Notes: generated by a model not told the origin, from the letters alone. A stretch of DNA of 64,000 nucleotides from Hyalangium minutum (GCF_000737315.1 NZ_JMCB01000006.1:186001-250000), one strand, 5' to 3'. Positions 37,112-47,784 are shown, counted from the stretch's first letter. A program made the numbers and translations.

Positions 37112-38104
37112 GTGGACAACCTCACGCACGGATTGCTGGGCCTCGCGGTAGGCGCGCTGCGCCGGCCTGACGCCGCAGGAGGCCCTCTGTCCGCCACGGA
37201 CAAGGCCGTGCTGCTGGGGTGCGCGCTGGCCGCCGAGCTGCCGGATCTGGACAACCTGCTGCCCTCGGAGAACTCGGTGGTGCACGCGCTCCAGGCGCAC
37301 CGCGGGCTCTCGCACGCGCTGGTGTTCACCCCGGTGGTGGCGTTGGCCGCGACGGCGGTGGCGAAGGCGGTCTTCCGCACAGCGCGCGTGGGGCCGGTGT
37401 TCCTCTTCAGCCTGATCTCGGTCTGCCTGGCGCACCTGTTGGCGGACCTGTGGACAGGCTGGGGCACGCGCGTGCTGCTGCCCTTCTCGGATCGGCGGTG
37501 GACGCTGGACTGGACGATGGTGGTGGATCCGTGGGTGACGCTGCCACTGCTCGTGGGCGCGGTCTGGGCCTGGCGCCGCAGGACCGTGTGGCGGCGAGCA
37601 CTGCTCGTGGGAGCGGCGCTCTCGGTGGCGTACCTGGGGCTGCGCGTCGCACTTCAGAACGTGCTGAGCGGGCGTGTCCGAGAGGCCTTGCCCGCCGCGG
37701 AGCGAGTGCAGGTGTTCCCCGCGTGGCTGTCGCTCACGACCTGGCGCTACGTGGCCCTGCTGCCGGATGAGTACGTGGTTGGCACGGCCTCCCTGGGCAG
37801 AGCGCCCATCGAGGAGCGGAGGTGGCCCCGGCCCGTCCCTGACGCACTGCCGGAGTCCGTGAGGAACATCCCCACCGTGCGCGAGGCGCTCGCCTGGGCG
37901 CGCTTTCCCCTCGTTTCACAGGTTCCCCGCCCTGACGGAGCCTCCGAGATCCGCATCGGCGATCTGCGCTACCACCTGAACGGCGAGCCGACGCTCCAGT
38001 TCATTCTGGAGCTCAATCCGGAGGGAGCCCTGCGCGCCGCCCGCCTGGAGCGAGGCGGGAGCGCGGCGGAGTTGCTGCGGCGGTGGCGAGGCCAAGACCG
38101 CTGA
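37112..38104 (+). CDS. YdjM/DUF457-type membrane metal-dependent hydrolase
   Basis: MDNLTHGLLG, LPDLD, HRGLSHAL, HLLADLWTGWG, VVDP. Confidence 0.9.
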   Translation: MDNLTHGLLGLAVGALRRPDAAGGPLSATDKAVLLGCALAAELPDLDNLLPSENSVVHALQAHRGLSHALVFTPVVALAATAVAKAVFRTARVGPVFLFSLISVCLAHLLADLWTGWGTRVLLPFSDRRWTLDWTMVVDPWVTLPLLVGAVWAWRRRTVWRRALLVGAALSVAYLGLRVALQNVLSGRVREALPAAERVQVFPAWLSLTTWRYVALLPDEYVVGTASLGRAPIEERRWPRPVPDALPESVRNIPTVREALAWARFPLVSQVPRPDGASEIRIGDLRYHLNGEPTLQFILELNPEGALRAARLERGGSAAELLRRWRGQDR

Positions 38105-38143
38105 GCGATGCGCTCCGCTCAGACCTGAGGTACCGCTGGCGCC

Positions 38144-40615
38144 TCAGGCCTCCTTGGCCGGAGCGGTGGGGCCGTGCTTGCGCCGCCAGCGCTCCACCAG
38201 CAGCAGCAGCGAAGGGAAGCCCAGCAGCACGATGAGAATGTTCACGCCGAACCCCAGGTTCGCCACGTTGCCGATCGAGTTGAGCCCCGGGTGCTGAGCA
38301 ATGGCCAACGCCAGGAAGCCGATGGCGCTCGTCAGCAGACCGCCCGTGATGGCCCGGCCCGTCTCCGCGTACACGGAGATGAAGTCACTGTCCGGCTCGG
38401 ACAACCGTTGGATGAGGTGCACGCCCGCGTCCACTGTCGTGCCCACCAGCACCGGCAGCACCACCAGGTTCAGGTAGTTGAACTGAATGCCCAGGATGGC
38501 CATCAGCCCCACCAGCCCCGCCACCGACAACAGCGTGGGCAACATGCAGATCAGCGCCGTGCGCAGCTTGCCCAACGTCACCCACATGGCCACCAGCACC
38601 GAGAGCACCGCCGCCGCCAGAATGCGCGGCCCCTCCTGCGCCACCATGTCCAGGATGTCCGCCACGATCAGCGCCTCGCCCGCCGCCGACACCTGCGAGC
38701 CGTCCGGCAGCTTCATCCCGCGCACCTCCTTGGTGAAGCGCCGCGTCCCGTAGCCATCCGCCAGGTTGATGGATGCGTACACCAGCACCACGCCGCTCCG
38801 GTTCCCATCCAGCCCCTCCAGCTCGTGCCGCATCGCCTCGGGCAGGTCCTTCTGACCGAAGGTCTGCGCCTGCGTCATCTTCAGGTACGTGGGCCAGTGA
38901 GCCTGCACGTCCTTGGGCAGCCGCTCCGGATCCAGCTTCGCCAGCTTGTCGTGGATGGCGTGCAGGACCGCCGCCTTCTCCTCCTGCTTGTCCGGCACCA
39001 GGTCCTCCTGCGAGCGGACGAAGTCGATGGTGGAGTCCTTGCCCTTCTGCGCCTTGCGCTCCTTGAGCTGGCGCACCACCTCGCGCTCCATCGTCGGCGA
39101 GTCCGTGACGACCACCACCGGAGACTGCGAGTGGCCCAGAATCTTGTCCATGCGCCGGTCCAGCCGCACGGACGGCAGCTCCATCGACTCCAGCTTGGAG
39201 CCGTCGTAGTTGAAGCTGACGTTCCACGCCTGGCTGATCAGCGCCACCAGCCCCACGCCCACCACGATGGCCACTCCGCGGTAGCTGCGCGGCAGCCACC
39301 GGGCCAGCATGGCCATCGGACCGGCCGAGCCCACGTGCTCGCGCGGCGTCCAGCCCCACTTCGCCGCCAGCCCCAGCAGCGCCGGGAGGATGAGCACGTA
39401 CGAGGCGATGCTCACCAGCATGCCCACCGCCGCGATGATGCCGAACTCGTGGAACGCGGCGAACTCGGAGATGGACAGGCTCAGGAACGTGAGCGCCGCC
39501 ACCACCGCGGAGATGAGCGCGGAGAAGCCCGTGTGACTGAAGGCCTCGCGCACCGCCTCCAGCGAGTCCTTCCCCTCCGAGCGCAGCGTCGTGTACCGCC
39601 CCAGGAGGTGGATGCCGTGCTCCACGCCCAGGCCGCCCAGCACCGCGCCCAGGAAGCCGGTGAGCAGGTTCACCTGCCCGTAGAACAGGCCCACGAAGCC
39701 GTATGTCCACGCCAGGCCTCCCAGCACCGGCAGCACCGCGAAGGCCACGCTCAGCACGCTGCGGAAGTGGAACCCCAGGTAGAGCAGCAGCAGCACCAGC
39801 GCGATGCTCGAGGCCTGCGCCAAGTCGTTGGTGATCAGCGCCTGGTGGTCAATCTTCTTCTTGAAGGTGCCCGACAAGGCCGTCTGGAAGCCGGGCCCAT
39901 ACTTGGACAAGTCCTGCTGCTTCAGGAACTCGTCCACTTGGGACACCACCTTCTTGGCGTAGCCCAGGTCGGCGCTGTTGCCCTTCGGCTTGAGCATCAG
40001 CACCACCATCTTCTCCTCCGGATCCAGGTAGTACGGATCCTTCGCCACCGCCTGCTCCTCGCTGCCGCGGCGCAGGAAGAGCTTCTGTTCCAGCTTGTGC
40101 TTGAAGTCCTCGAAGCCAATGGAGGGCGGAGGCGCATCCTCCAGCTCGACGAAGAGCGGGTTGGCCCGCTGCTTCTCCCAGGTGATGCGATCGTCGAGCT
40201 GCTTCTGGAGCCCTTGCAGGTCCTCCAGCTCCGCGTAGTACAGCACGCGCTCCTCGAAGAAGGCGTCCGAGCGCTTGTAGTTGACGTAGCGGACCTCGGA
40301 GAGCTGGCCCAGCTTGGGAGCCATGTCGTCGGCGAACTGCTTGAGCTTGTCAGCGTCCGCGTTCATGCCCACGACGACCAGGTAGCCCTGCCCGCCGAAG
40401 CGCTTCTTCAGCTTCTCCAGGTCCTGCACGCTGGGGAAGGACTTGGGCAGCAAGCCCACCAGGTCAGAGCTCAGGGAGAGCTTCCGCGCGAAGAAGCCGC
40501 CCACCACCACCAACAACGCCGCCAGGGCCAGCGCCTGCCAGGGCTTGCGATGGTTGCGCGCCGCCAGCGCGCCCATCAACTTCTCCATCCGCTGCCCCAA
40601 CCCGATCTCGCTCAT
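38144..40615 (-). CDS. MMPL/RND family lipid transporter (HpnN-like), copy 1
   Basis: Two repeats of TM1 + large periplasmic loop + five TMs; GLGVEHGIHLLGRY and GTTVDAGVHL motifs. Confidence 0.92.
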   Translation of the reverse strand: MSEIGLGQRMEKLMGALAARNHRKPWQALALAALLVVVGGFFARKLSLSSDLVGLLPKSFPSVQDLEKLKKRFGGQGYLVVVGMNADADKLKQFADDMAPKLGQLSEVRYVNYKRSDAFFEERVLYYAELEDLQGLQKQLDDRITWEKQRANPLFVELEDAPPPSIGFEDFKHKLEQKLFLRRGSEEQAVAKDPYYLDPEEKMVVLMLKPKGNSADLGYAKKVVSQVDEFLKQQDLSKYGPGFQTALSGTFKKKIDHQALITNDLAQASSIALVLLLLYLGFHFRSVLSVAFAVLPVLGGLAWTYGFVGLFYGQVNLLTGFLGAVLGGLGVEHGIHLLGRYTTLRSEGKDSLEAVREAFSHTGFSALISAVVAALTFLSLSISEFAAFHEFGIIAAVGMLVSIASYVLILPALLGLAAKWGWTPREHVGSAGPMAMLARWLPRSYRGVAIVVGVGLVALISQAWNVSFNYDGSKLESMELPSVRLDRRMDKILGHSQSPVVVVTDSPTMEREVVRQLKERKAQKGKDSTIDFVRSQEDLVPDKQEEKAAVLHAIHDKLAKLDPERLPKDVQAHWPTYLKMTQAQTFGQKDLPEAMRHELEGLDGNRSGVVLVYASINLADGYGTRRFTKEVRGMKLPDGSQVSAAGEALIVADILDMVAQEGPRILAAAVLSVLVAMWVTLGKLRTALICMLPTLLSVAGLVGLMAILGIQFNYLNLVVLPVLVGTTVDAGVHLIQRLSEPDSDFISVYAETGRAITGGLLTSAIGFLALAIAQHPGLNSIGNVANLGFGVNILIVLLGFPSLLLLVERWRRKHGPTAPAKEA

Positions 40616-40788
40616 GTGTGTCTGCTCTTCTGTCCGAAAGTCCGCGATTGCAGCCGCCCACCATGGCGAGGGCCCTGACCGGAGTCAATGAATCGCCGGG
40701 GGGCGGCCAGGCAGGCAGGGGGTGCTCAGGCACCCCGGGCCAAGTCCCCTGACAGACCCCCAAGAGACATGGTTTCTTCCCGGCCGCC

Positions 40789-42477
40789 ATGCTGAAGCCA
40801 CGTCGCAAGCGCTGGCCCTGGTTGCTCGCTGGGCTGGTCGTCCTGGGAGTTACCTACATGCTGCGCCCTGCTCCCCCCAAGGGACGCCCTGCGGATCCTC
40901 CGTATCTCACCTTCTTCCTGGTGGATGGCCTGTCCCAGGAGGTGTTCCAGCGGGAGTTGGAAGCCGGGCGCCTGCCAAACTTCTCCCGGCTCATCTCCGA
41001 GGGCCTCTATGTGGAGGACGGCATCGCTGCCTTCCCGAGCATGACGGGCTACGGCTTCTACCCCTTCATCACCGGGCAGGATGCGGTGCGCAGCGGCGTG
41101 CTGGGCCTGCGCTGGTTCCGGCGCGAGGCCCCCGAGGGCAACTTCCGCGCCTACGTGGGCCGCACCAACGTGATGATGAACGAGGACTTCGCCGCCGAGC
41201 CTCGCACGCTCTTCGAGTGCTTCCCGGGGCAGCACAGCTTCTCGGTGAACAGCTACGCCAACCGCGGCGTGGTGCGGAACGAGAAGCTCGGCTGGGGCTT
41301 CAGCATGGCCAAGTACCAGGAGAAGTACCCGCTCATCCGGTTCCTGGGGGGCACGCCGTGGCTGGGGCCTCGCTTCATCCCGGACTGGTACGGCGCCGAG
41401 ACGCAGGTGCTGGAGCTGGCGCTGGAGGACCTGGCCGACAAGCCCAAGGTGCAGTGGGTCACCTTCGCCAGCCCGGACGGCCGCAACCACATCGTCGGCA
41501 CGGACGACACGTACGTGAAGCTGGTGCGCCATATCGACTCGCTCATCGGCCGTTACCGCGAGGAGAGCCAGCGCCTAGGCCAGGAGGAGCACCGCCTGTA
41601 CGCCGTCATCTCGGACCACGGCGTCACCGACGTGCACAAGAACGTGGATCTGCGGGTGGCGCTGGGCACGGCGGGGCTGCGCGCCTGGCGCGGCGAGGCC
41701 ACCCACCTGCGCCAGAGCCGCCTGAATGATCCGATCTCCACCTGGGCGGACACGGACGTCGTCCTCGCGGTGAACGGCAACACGATGAACTACGTGTACC
41801 TGCGCAACCCGGCCGCCCAGGGCGAGCAGGCGTGGCGCACGCAGCCCGCGCCGGGCACGGCCTTCCAGCTGCCTCCGCACCAGGGCGGCGCGCCCGTGGA
41901 CGTGGTGAAGGTGCTGCGCGAGGCAGAGGGCGTGGAGCTGGTGGTGACCCGCGCCGACGCCGCCGGACAGGTGCGCGTCTTCTCGCGCACGGGCGAGGGC
42001 CGCATCACCCCGAGTGAGGGTGGGCTCTCCTACTCCTGCGAGGGCGAGGATCCCCTGGGCTACGCGCAAGGCGAGGCCAGCCGGGTGCTGTGCGACGGCC
42101 GTCCGCGCTCGGATCGCGACTGGCTGAAGGCCACCCACGCCCTGGGCTTTCCGGACGCGGTGGTGCGGCTACACCGGCTGATGTCGGCGCCGGACGTGGC
42201 GGACCTCGTGGTGACGGCGGCGCTCGGTTACGACTTGGCGGCCGACTACGAGCTGGTGGTGGGCAACTACCGGGGCGGCCACGGAGGCCTGCGCGCGGAT
42301 CAGCTCCGCGTGCCGTACATCCTCTCTGGCCCTGGAGTGCCGATGGGCCAGCGACTGGCCACGGCCCGGGCCGAGGACATCGGGGCAACAGTGCTGCGCC
42401 TGGCCGGCTGCCCGCCCGCCGAGCAGCGGGCCGGCGAGGATTTGATCCCGGCCGTGGCCACGCCCGCTCCCCCCTGA
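40789..42477 (+). CDS. Alkaline phosphatase superfamily nucleotide pyrophosphatase/phosphodiesterase, membrane-anchored
   Basis: N-terminal TM anchor; FLVDG, AFPSMT, DGRNH, ISDHG, GGHGG metal-ligand motifs. Confidence 0.88.
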   Translation: MLKPRRKRWPWLLAGLVVLGVTYMLRPAPPKGRPADPPYLTFFLVDGLSQEVFQRELEAGRLPNFSRLISEGLYVEDGIAAFPSMTGYGFYPFITGQDAVRSGVLGLRWFRREAPEGNFRAYVGRTNVMMNEDFAAEPRTLFECFPGQHSFSVNSYANRGVVRNEKLGWGFSMAKYQEKYPLIRFLGGTPWLGPRFIPDWYGAETQVLELALEDLADKPKVQWVTFASPDGRNHIVGTDDTYVKLVRHIDSLIGRYREESQRLGQEEHRLYAVISDHGVTDVHKNVDLRVALGTAGLRAWRGEATHLRQSRLNDPISTWADTDVVLAVNGNTMNYVYLRNPAAQGEQAWRTQPAPGTAFQLPPHQGGAPVDVVKVLREAEGVELVVTRADAAGQVRVFSRTGEGRITPSEGGLSYSCEGEDPLGYAQGEASRVLCDGRPRSDRDWLKATHALGFPDAVVRLHRLMSAPDVADLVVTAALGYDLAADYELVVGNYRGGHGGLRADQLRVPYILSGPGVPMGQRLATARAEDIGATVLRLAGCPPAEQRAGEDLIPAVATPAPP

Positions 42478-42633
42478 GCAGGCGGACAGGCATTTCACCC
42501 TGTCCTCCAGGGCAGGGCATGGCCACCTTGCGGCCCGAAGGGACCCACGTTTCGTGGGCCCTCTGGAGGGGGATTCGCCCTCTTCCGTGGCGCCAGGAGG
42601 GCCTGGACACGGGGGATCAGGCGAGGCCGCGAT

Positions 42634-45153
42634 ATGGCTTCGGATCCGACAACGCCCGCCGGCTGGCGGGGACGTCTTGAGCAGCGCCTCGGCGGGCTGG
42701 CGGACTACAACTACCGCCACCCCTGGCTAGCGCTCGCCATTGCCCTGGCGCTGAGCGTGCTGGGGGTCTTCTTCGCGCGGGGACTGTCGCTTGATGCGAA
42801 CCTGGTGAGCCTGCTTCCCCAGTCCTTCCAGAGCGTGAAGGATCTGCAGGAGCTGGAGGAGCGCTTCGGCGGGCTCGGGTGGGTGGCCGTGGTAGGCGAG
42901 GGGGCGGACCCCGAAGCCCTGCGCCGCTTCGCGGACGATCTGGCGCCCCAGCTGGAGGCCTTGCCTGACATCCGCTTCGTGGAGTCGAAGCGCCCCGGGC
43001 CCTTCCTCCAGGAGCACGCGCTCTACTTCCTCTCCTTGGAGGATCTGCTGCAGGTGGAGCAGCGCATCGACGCGCGCCTCACGTACGAGAAGCAGCGCGC
43101 CAACCCGCTCTATGTCCCGCTGGTGGACGAGCCCGTGCCCTCGCTGGACTTCTCGGACCTGGAGGCGAAGTACGGCGCGGGCAGCGTGCGCAGGCTCTCG
43201 GGCCCCACGGGGGGAGAATACTATCTGGATCCGGTGGCGCGCCGTGTGGTGCTGCTGGCCAAGCCCGAGGGCATCTCCGCGGACCTGGACTTCTCCAAGC
43301 GCGTCGTCGGCGAGGTGGAGAAGCTGCTGGCCGCGCAGGACCTGTCCAAGTACGGGCCGGACTTCCACACGGCCATCACTGGTACCTTCCAGAAGAAGCT
43401 GGATCAACAGAAGCAGATCGGCCGGGACATCGCGGTGTCCTCGGCGGTGGCGGGCGTGCTGCTGCTGATCTACCTGCTGCTGCACTTCCGCAGCGCGCTC
43501 GCGGTGGCGGTGGTGCTGGCGCCGGTAGGCATGGGCCTGGCGTGGACGTACGGGCTGGTGGGCGTGGCGTACGGGCGGGTGAACCTGCTCACGGGCTTCC
43601 TGGGCGCCATCCTCGGAGGTCTCGGCATCGAGCACGGCATCCACCTGCTGGGGCGCTACCTCTATCTGCGCGGCCAGAAGTGGCAGGCGGAGGCGGCCAC
43701 GCGCGAGGCCTTCACGCACACGGGCAGCGCGGCGCTCACCTCGGCGCTCGTGGCGGCGCTCACCTTCTTCCTGCTGGGCACCTCGCACTTCCGCGCGTTC
43801 CGTGAGTTCGGCGTCATCGCCGGCTTCGGCATGCTGCTCATGGTGCTGGCCTACGTGCTGGTGCTGCCCGCGGTGCTGGGGCTGGCAGCGAAGCTGGGCT
43901 GGAAGCCCGGCCCGGGCGCCACGAAACACCAGCGCTCTCCGCTGGGCCGCCTGCTGGTGCGGCTGCACCGCCCCCTCACCGTGGTGTCGATGGTGGTCAT
44001 CGCCCTGCTGGTGGCGAACGTGGGCCGCGTGCGCTTCAACTACAACTTCGGCTCGCTGGCGGATCAGCACCTGCCCTCCTTCGTGCTGGACCGGCAGGTG
44101 ACGCAGCTGATTGGCTACTCGCAGTCTCCTCTGGTGATGCTGCCCCACAGCCCGGCGGAGGAGAGTGCCGTGGTGGAGGAACTGCACGCGAACCAGGCCC
44201 GTCTGGGCGAGCACTCCACGGTGGACTTCATCGCCTCGCTGGACACGCTGGTGCCGCGGGACCAGGTGAAGAAGCAGGAAGTGCTCCGCCGCCTCCAGAC
44301 CCTGCTGGAAGATGTGCCCGAGGGGCAGCTCGACGCCCAGCAACGCGAGCAGCTCGCGGAGCTGCGCCAGGCGACGCGGGCCGAGCCCTTCACCCTCGAG
44401 CAACTGCCTGCCTCCATGCGCCGGCCCTTCACGGACCTGAGCGGCCAGAGCCACTTCGTGCTGGTGTACCCGCGGGTGAGCCTGGATGACGGGCAGGGCA
44501 TCCGCGCCCTGGCCCGCGAGCTGCGCCAGGTGAAGACGCCCAGCGGCGGGCCCGTCGCCGTGGCGGGCGAGCCCATGGTGCTCGCGGACATCCTCAACAT
44601 GGTCACGCGCGAGTCGCCGTTCATTCTCATCGGCTCGCTGGTGGCGGTGCTGCTGGCCATGTGGGTGACTTTGGGGAGCCTGCGCCTGGCGCTGCTGTGC
44701 CTGACGCCCACCGTGGTGTCGCTGTTCGCGCTGGTGGGGCTGATGCCGCTGCTCAACGTGCAGTTCAACTACCTCAACATCCTCGTTATCCCCGTGCTCA
44801 TCGGGACGACCGTGGATGCGGGCGTCCACCTGCTCACGCAGCTCGTGTCACCGGAGAGCGACTTCGTCTCCGTCTACTCAGAGACGGGCCGCGCCATCAC
44901 GGGCGGTCTGCTGACGAGCGCCTTGGGCTTCGGCGCGCTCTTCCTCGCCGATCACCCGGGCCTCAACTCCATTGGCACGCTGGCCAACCTGGGCTTCGGC
45001 GTGAATCTGCTGGTGATGCTGGTGGCCTTCCCCGCGCTCCTGCTGCTGCTGTCCGAGCGGCGGCGGCGCAAGCGGCTCCAGCAGCAGGCCCATGCCCGGG
45101 ACGAGGCGCTCCCTCCCCCGGCCCGGCCGAGCGACGCTCCCTCGGCGAGCTGA
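42634..45153 (+). CDS. MMPL/RND family lipid transporter (HpnN-like), copy 2
   Basis: Same architecture as copy 1; shared QDLSKYGPxFxTAxxGTF, GLGIEHGIHLLGRY, GTTVDAGVHL and HPGLNSIG blocks. Confidence 0.92.
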   Translation: MASDPTTPAGWRGRLEQRLGGLADYNYRHPWLALAIALALSVLGVFFARGLSLDANLVSLLPQSFQSVKDLQELEERFGGLGWVAVVGEGADPEALRRFADDLAPQLEALPDIRFVESKRPGPFLQEHALYFLSLEDLLQVEQRIDARLTYEKQRANPLYVPLVDEPVPSLDFSDLEAKYGAGSVRRLSGPTGGEYYLDPVARRVVLLAKPEGISADLDFSKRVVGEVEKLLAAQDLSKYGPDFHTAITGTFQKKLDQQKQIGRDIAVSSAVAGVLLLIYLLLHFRSALAVAVVLAPVGMGLAWTYGLVGVAYGRVNLLTGFLGAILGGLGIEHGIHLLGRYLYLRGQKWQAEAATREAFTHTGSAALTSALVAALTFFLLGTSHFRAFREFGVIAGFGMLLMVLAYVLVLPAVLGLAAKLGWKPGPGATKHQRSPLGRLLVRLHRPLTVVSMVVIALLVANVGRVRFNYNFGSLADQHLPSFVLDRQVTQLIGYSQSPLVMLPHSPAEESAVVEELHANQARLGEHSTVDFIASLDTLVPRDQVKKQEVLRRLQTLLEDVPEGQLDAQQREQLAELRQATRAEPFTLEQLPASMRRPFTDLSGQSHFVLVYPRVSLDDGQGIRALARELRQVKTPSGGPVAVAGEPMVLADILNMVTRESPFILIGSLVAVLLAMWVTLGSLRLALLCLTPTVVSLFALVGLMPLLNVQFNYLNILVIPVLIGTTVDAGVHLLTQLVSPESDFVSVYSETGRAITGGLLTSALGFGALFLADHPGLNSIGTLANLGFGVNLLVMLVAFPALLLLLSERRRRKRLQQQAHARDEALPPPARPSDAPSAS

Positions 45154-45382
45154 TCCACACGCTTCAGATGGAAACGGGCCTCAGGGCGCGCTCCGGCGCA
45201 CCCCTGGGGCCCGCTTGCGTTTCACAGAGGTTTCGTCGAGCCCCGGCACGAATTGACAGGCCCATGGAGCCGCCGCCCGGAGAGCGTGCAGCCACTCGGG
45301 CGGTCCCTGCACGTGTGGGTCTTACTGCTCAGGTTCCCGGCCAGAAGCGACACGGACACGAACAGACAAAGGGAGAGACACC

Positions 45383-45865
45383 ATGAAGACCACGATGAAG
45401 TTCCTGGCCGCCGGTCTGCTCGCGAGCGCGCTGACCTTCGTTGGCTGCAAATCGAACTCTTCCGCCGAGCGCGCGAGTGAGCCCGCCACGGCACCCGCCA
45501 CGGACACGGGTACTGACACGGGTACGGGTACCAGCACGACTCCCCCTCCGGGCACGGGCGGCTCGGGCGACATCAGCAAGACGAAGCAGTCGGATGACAA
45601 CCTCCGCATGCCGGAGGAGGATCCGCTGCGCACCCCAGAGAGCGAGAGCATCCGCGACGCCGAGTCCGAGCCGGGCGTCCATGAAGGCAGCAAGGTGGAT
45701 CCAGGCATCGGCGGCTCCGGCTTCCCCGACGACTCGGCCATCGACGAGAACCTGAACCCGGGCGGCAACGTGGACGACACGCTGCGCACGCCGGGCTCGC
45801 CCGCGGACATCGTCCCCGATAACAACCTCAACAACGACAGCACGCTGCCCGAGAACACGCGCTAA
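45383..45865 (+). CDS. Acidic low-complexity lipoprotein
   Basis: AAAGGGAGA RBS; lipobox FVGC; TG repeats and recurring DDNLRMP / EDPLRTP / DDTLRTP. Confidence 0.8.
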   Translation: MKTTMKFLAAGLLASALTFVGCKSNSSAERASEPATAPATDTGTDTGTGTSTTPPPGTGGSGDISKTKQSDDNLRMPEEDPLRTPESESIRDAESEPGVHEGSKVDPGIGGSGFPDDSAIDENLNPGGNVDDTLRTPGSPADIVPDNNLNNDSTLPENTR

Positions 45866-46062
45866 CCCGCGCCTCTCCGCGAGCAGCAGCCCCGGCAGCG
45901 CCCACGCACCCGCGTGGGCGTTGCCGTTTGGAGCGCGGGAGAACAGGTCACCTTCTCCCTCCCATCACCGCGAGGAGCATCACGCGCCGCATCAACGCCA
46001 CGCGTCACGGCCCAGGAGGCTCGACATGGCGGCGCAGGGTTGGTGAACCTGGAAGAACCCCC

Positions 46063-47778
46063 ATGAAACAGTACGAGAAGAAGTACGACGCCGACGGCCA
46101 CCCCTACCTCGAAACCTCGCTGCCGGGCCTTTTGCTCACGCGCCTGCCGCTGCTCAACAAGGGCACCTCCTTCACCTGGGAGGAGCGCAAGCAGTTCGGG
46201 CTGATGGGCGTGCTGCCCACCCACGTCTCCACGCTGGAGGAGCAGGTCGAGCGCTCCTACGCGAACTTCAAGAGCTTCCGCACGGACCTGGAGAAGCACG
46301 TCTTCCTGCGCGCGCTGCAGGACCGCAGCGAGGTGCTCTTCTACGCGCTCATCGATCGGCACATCGAGGAGATGATGCCCATCATCTACACCCCCACGGT
46401 GGCGCAGGCGGTGGAGCAGTTCAGCCGCATCTACCGCTACCCCCGCGGGCTGGTGGTGAACCCGGAGAACATCGGGCAGATCGACTCGCTCCTGGAGAAC
46501 ACGCCCTTCCCAGACGTGCAGCTCATCGTCGCCACGGACAACGAGGGCATCCTCGGCATTGGTGACCAGGGCTTCGGCGGCCTGGCCATCTGCATCGGCA
46601 AGCTGTCGCTCTACACGGCGGCGGCGGGCATCGACCCGGCGGTGACGCTGCCCGTGGAGCTGGACGTGGGCACGAACCGCAAGGACCTGCTGGAGGATCC
46701 GCTCTACCTGGGCGTGAAGCGGCCGCGCATGGAGGGCCAGGAGTACGACGACTTCATCCACCGCTTCGTCACCGCGCTCCAGCGCCGGTTCCCCAACGTG
46801 CTGCTGCAGTGGGAGGACTTCAGCAAGCAGAAGGCGTTCGACGTGCTGAGCCGGTACCAGGATGTGGTGCCCTCACTGAATGACGACATCCAGGGCACGG
46901 GCGCGGTGGTGCTGGCGGGACTGCTGGCGGCGGCGCGCACCAGCCAGCAGGACCTGAAGCAGCAGATGTTCCTCATCCACGGGGCGGGCGCGGGCGGCGT
47001 GGGCGTGGCGCGGCAGATCGCCCGGGGCCTGCAGCTGCAGGGGCTGACCCTGGATCAGGCGCGGCAGCGCATCTTCCTGATCGACTCCAAGGGCCTCATC
47101 CTGAAGGACCGCAAGGGGCTGGAGCCGTACAAGCTCGAGTTCGCCCACGAGCCAGCGCGGGTGGCGGGCTGGAAGCTGCAGAACGGCATCCCGAGCCTCC
47201 TGGAGACGGTGAAGGAGGCGAAGGTGACGGTGCTGCTGGGCCTGTCCGGGCAGCGCGGGGCGTTCGGCGAGGAGGTGGTGCGAGCGGTGGCGGCGAACAC
47301 GCCGTACCCGGTGGTGTTCGCGCTCTCCAACCCCACGGCGAACAGCGAGGCGGTGCCGGCGGACATCTACCGGTGGACGGAGGGCAAGGCGCTGGTGGCC
47401 ACGGGCAGCCCGTTCGACGACGTGATGTGGGACGGGGCGGCGCACCCGGTGGGCCAGGGCAACAACGCGTTCATCTTCCCAGGCCTCGGGCTCGGCGTGC
47501 TCGCGAGCCGGGCGCGTCGGGTGACGGATGGGATGCTGACCGCCGCGTCACTGGCGCTCTCCGAGTTCGTGGACAAGGGGCGGCTGGCGCAGGGCGGGCT
47601 CTACCCACGGATGGACAAGATCCACGTGGCGAGCAAGCAGGTGGCGGTAGCGGTCATCCGCCAGGCCCAGAAGGAGGGCGTGGCCGCGGAGCAACTGCCG
47701 GAGGATCTGGAGGCACACCTCGAGGCGCGCATGTGGCGCCCCGAGTTCCTCCCCATCCGCAAGGGCCGTGGCGGCTGA
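46063..47778 (+). CDS. maeA: NAD-dependent malic enzyme
   Basis: PLLNKGTSF, PIIYTPTVA, TDNEGILGIGDQG, LDVGTN, QWEDF, NDDIQGTG, GAGAGG, LSNPT, GQGNN. Confidence 0.95.
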   Translation: MKQYEKKYDADGHPYLETSLPGLLLTRLPLLNKGTSFTWEERKQFGLMGVLPTHVSTLEEQVERSYANFKSFRTDLEKHVFLRALQDRSEVLFYALIDRHIEEMMPIIYTPTVAQAVEQFSRIYRYPRGLVVNPENIGQIDSLLENTPFPDVQLIVATDNEGILGIGDQGFGGLAICIGKLSLYTAAAGIDPAVTLPVELDVGTNRKDLLEDPLYLGVKRPRMEGQEYDDFIHRFVTALQRRFPNVLLQWEDFSKQKAFDVLSRYQDVVPSLNDDIQGTGAVVLAGLLAAARTSQQDLKQQMFLIHGAGAGGVGVARQIARGLQLQGLTLDQARQRIFLIDSKGLILKDRKGLEPYKLEFAHEPARVAGWKLQNGIPSLLETVKEAKVTVLLGLSGQRGAFGEEVVRAVAANTPYPVVFALSNPTANSEAVPADIYRWTEGKALVATGSPFDDVMWDGAAHPVGQGNNAFIFPGLGLGVLASRARRVTDGMLTAASLALSEFVDKGRLAQGGLYPRMDKIHVASKQVAVAVIRQAQKEGVAAEQLPEDLEAHLEARMWRPEFLPIRKGRGG

Positions 47779-47784
47779 GCCTCC

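Noticed and set aside
45201-45260. sigma54- or sigma70-like elements upstream of the acidic lipoprotein
   Set aside because: GG-to-GC spacing is off by one for sigma54, and the TTGACA has no matching -10 box.
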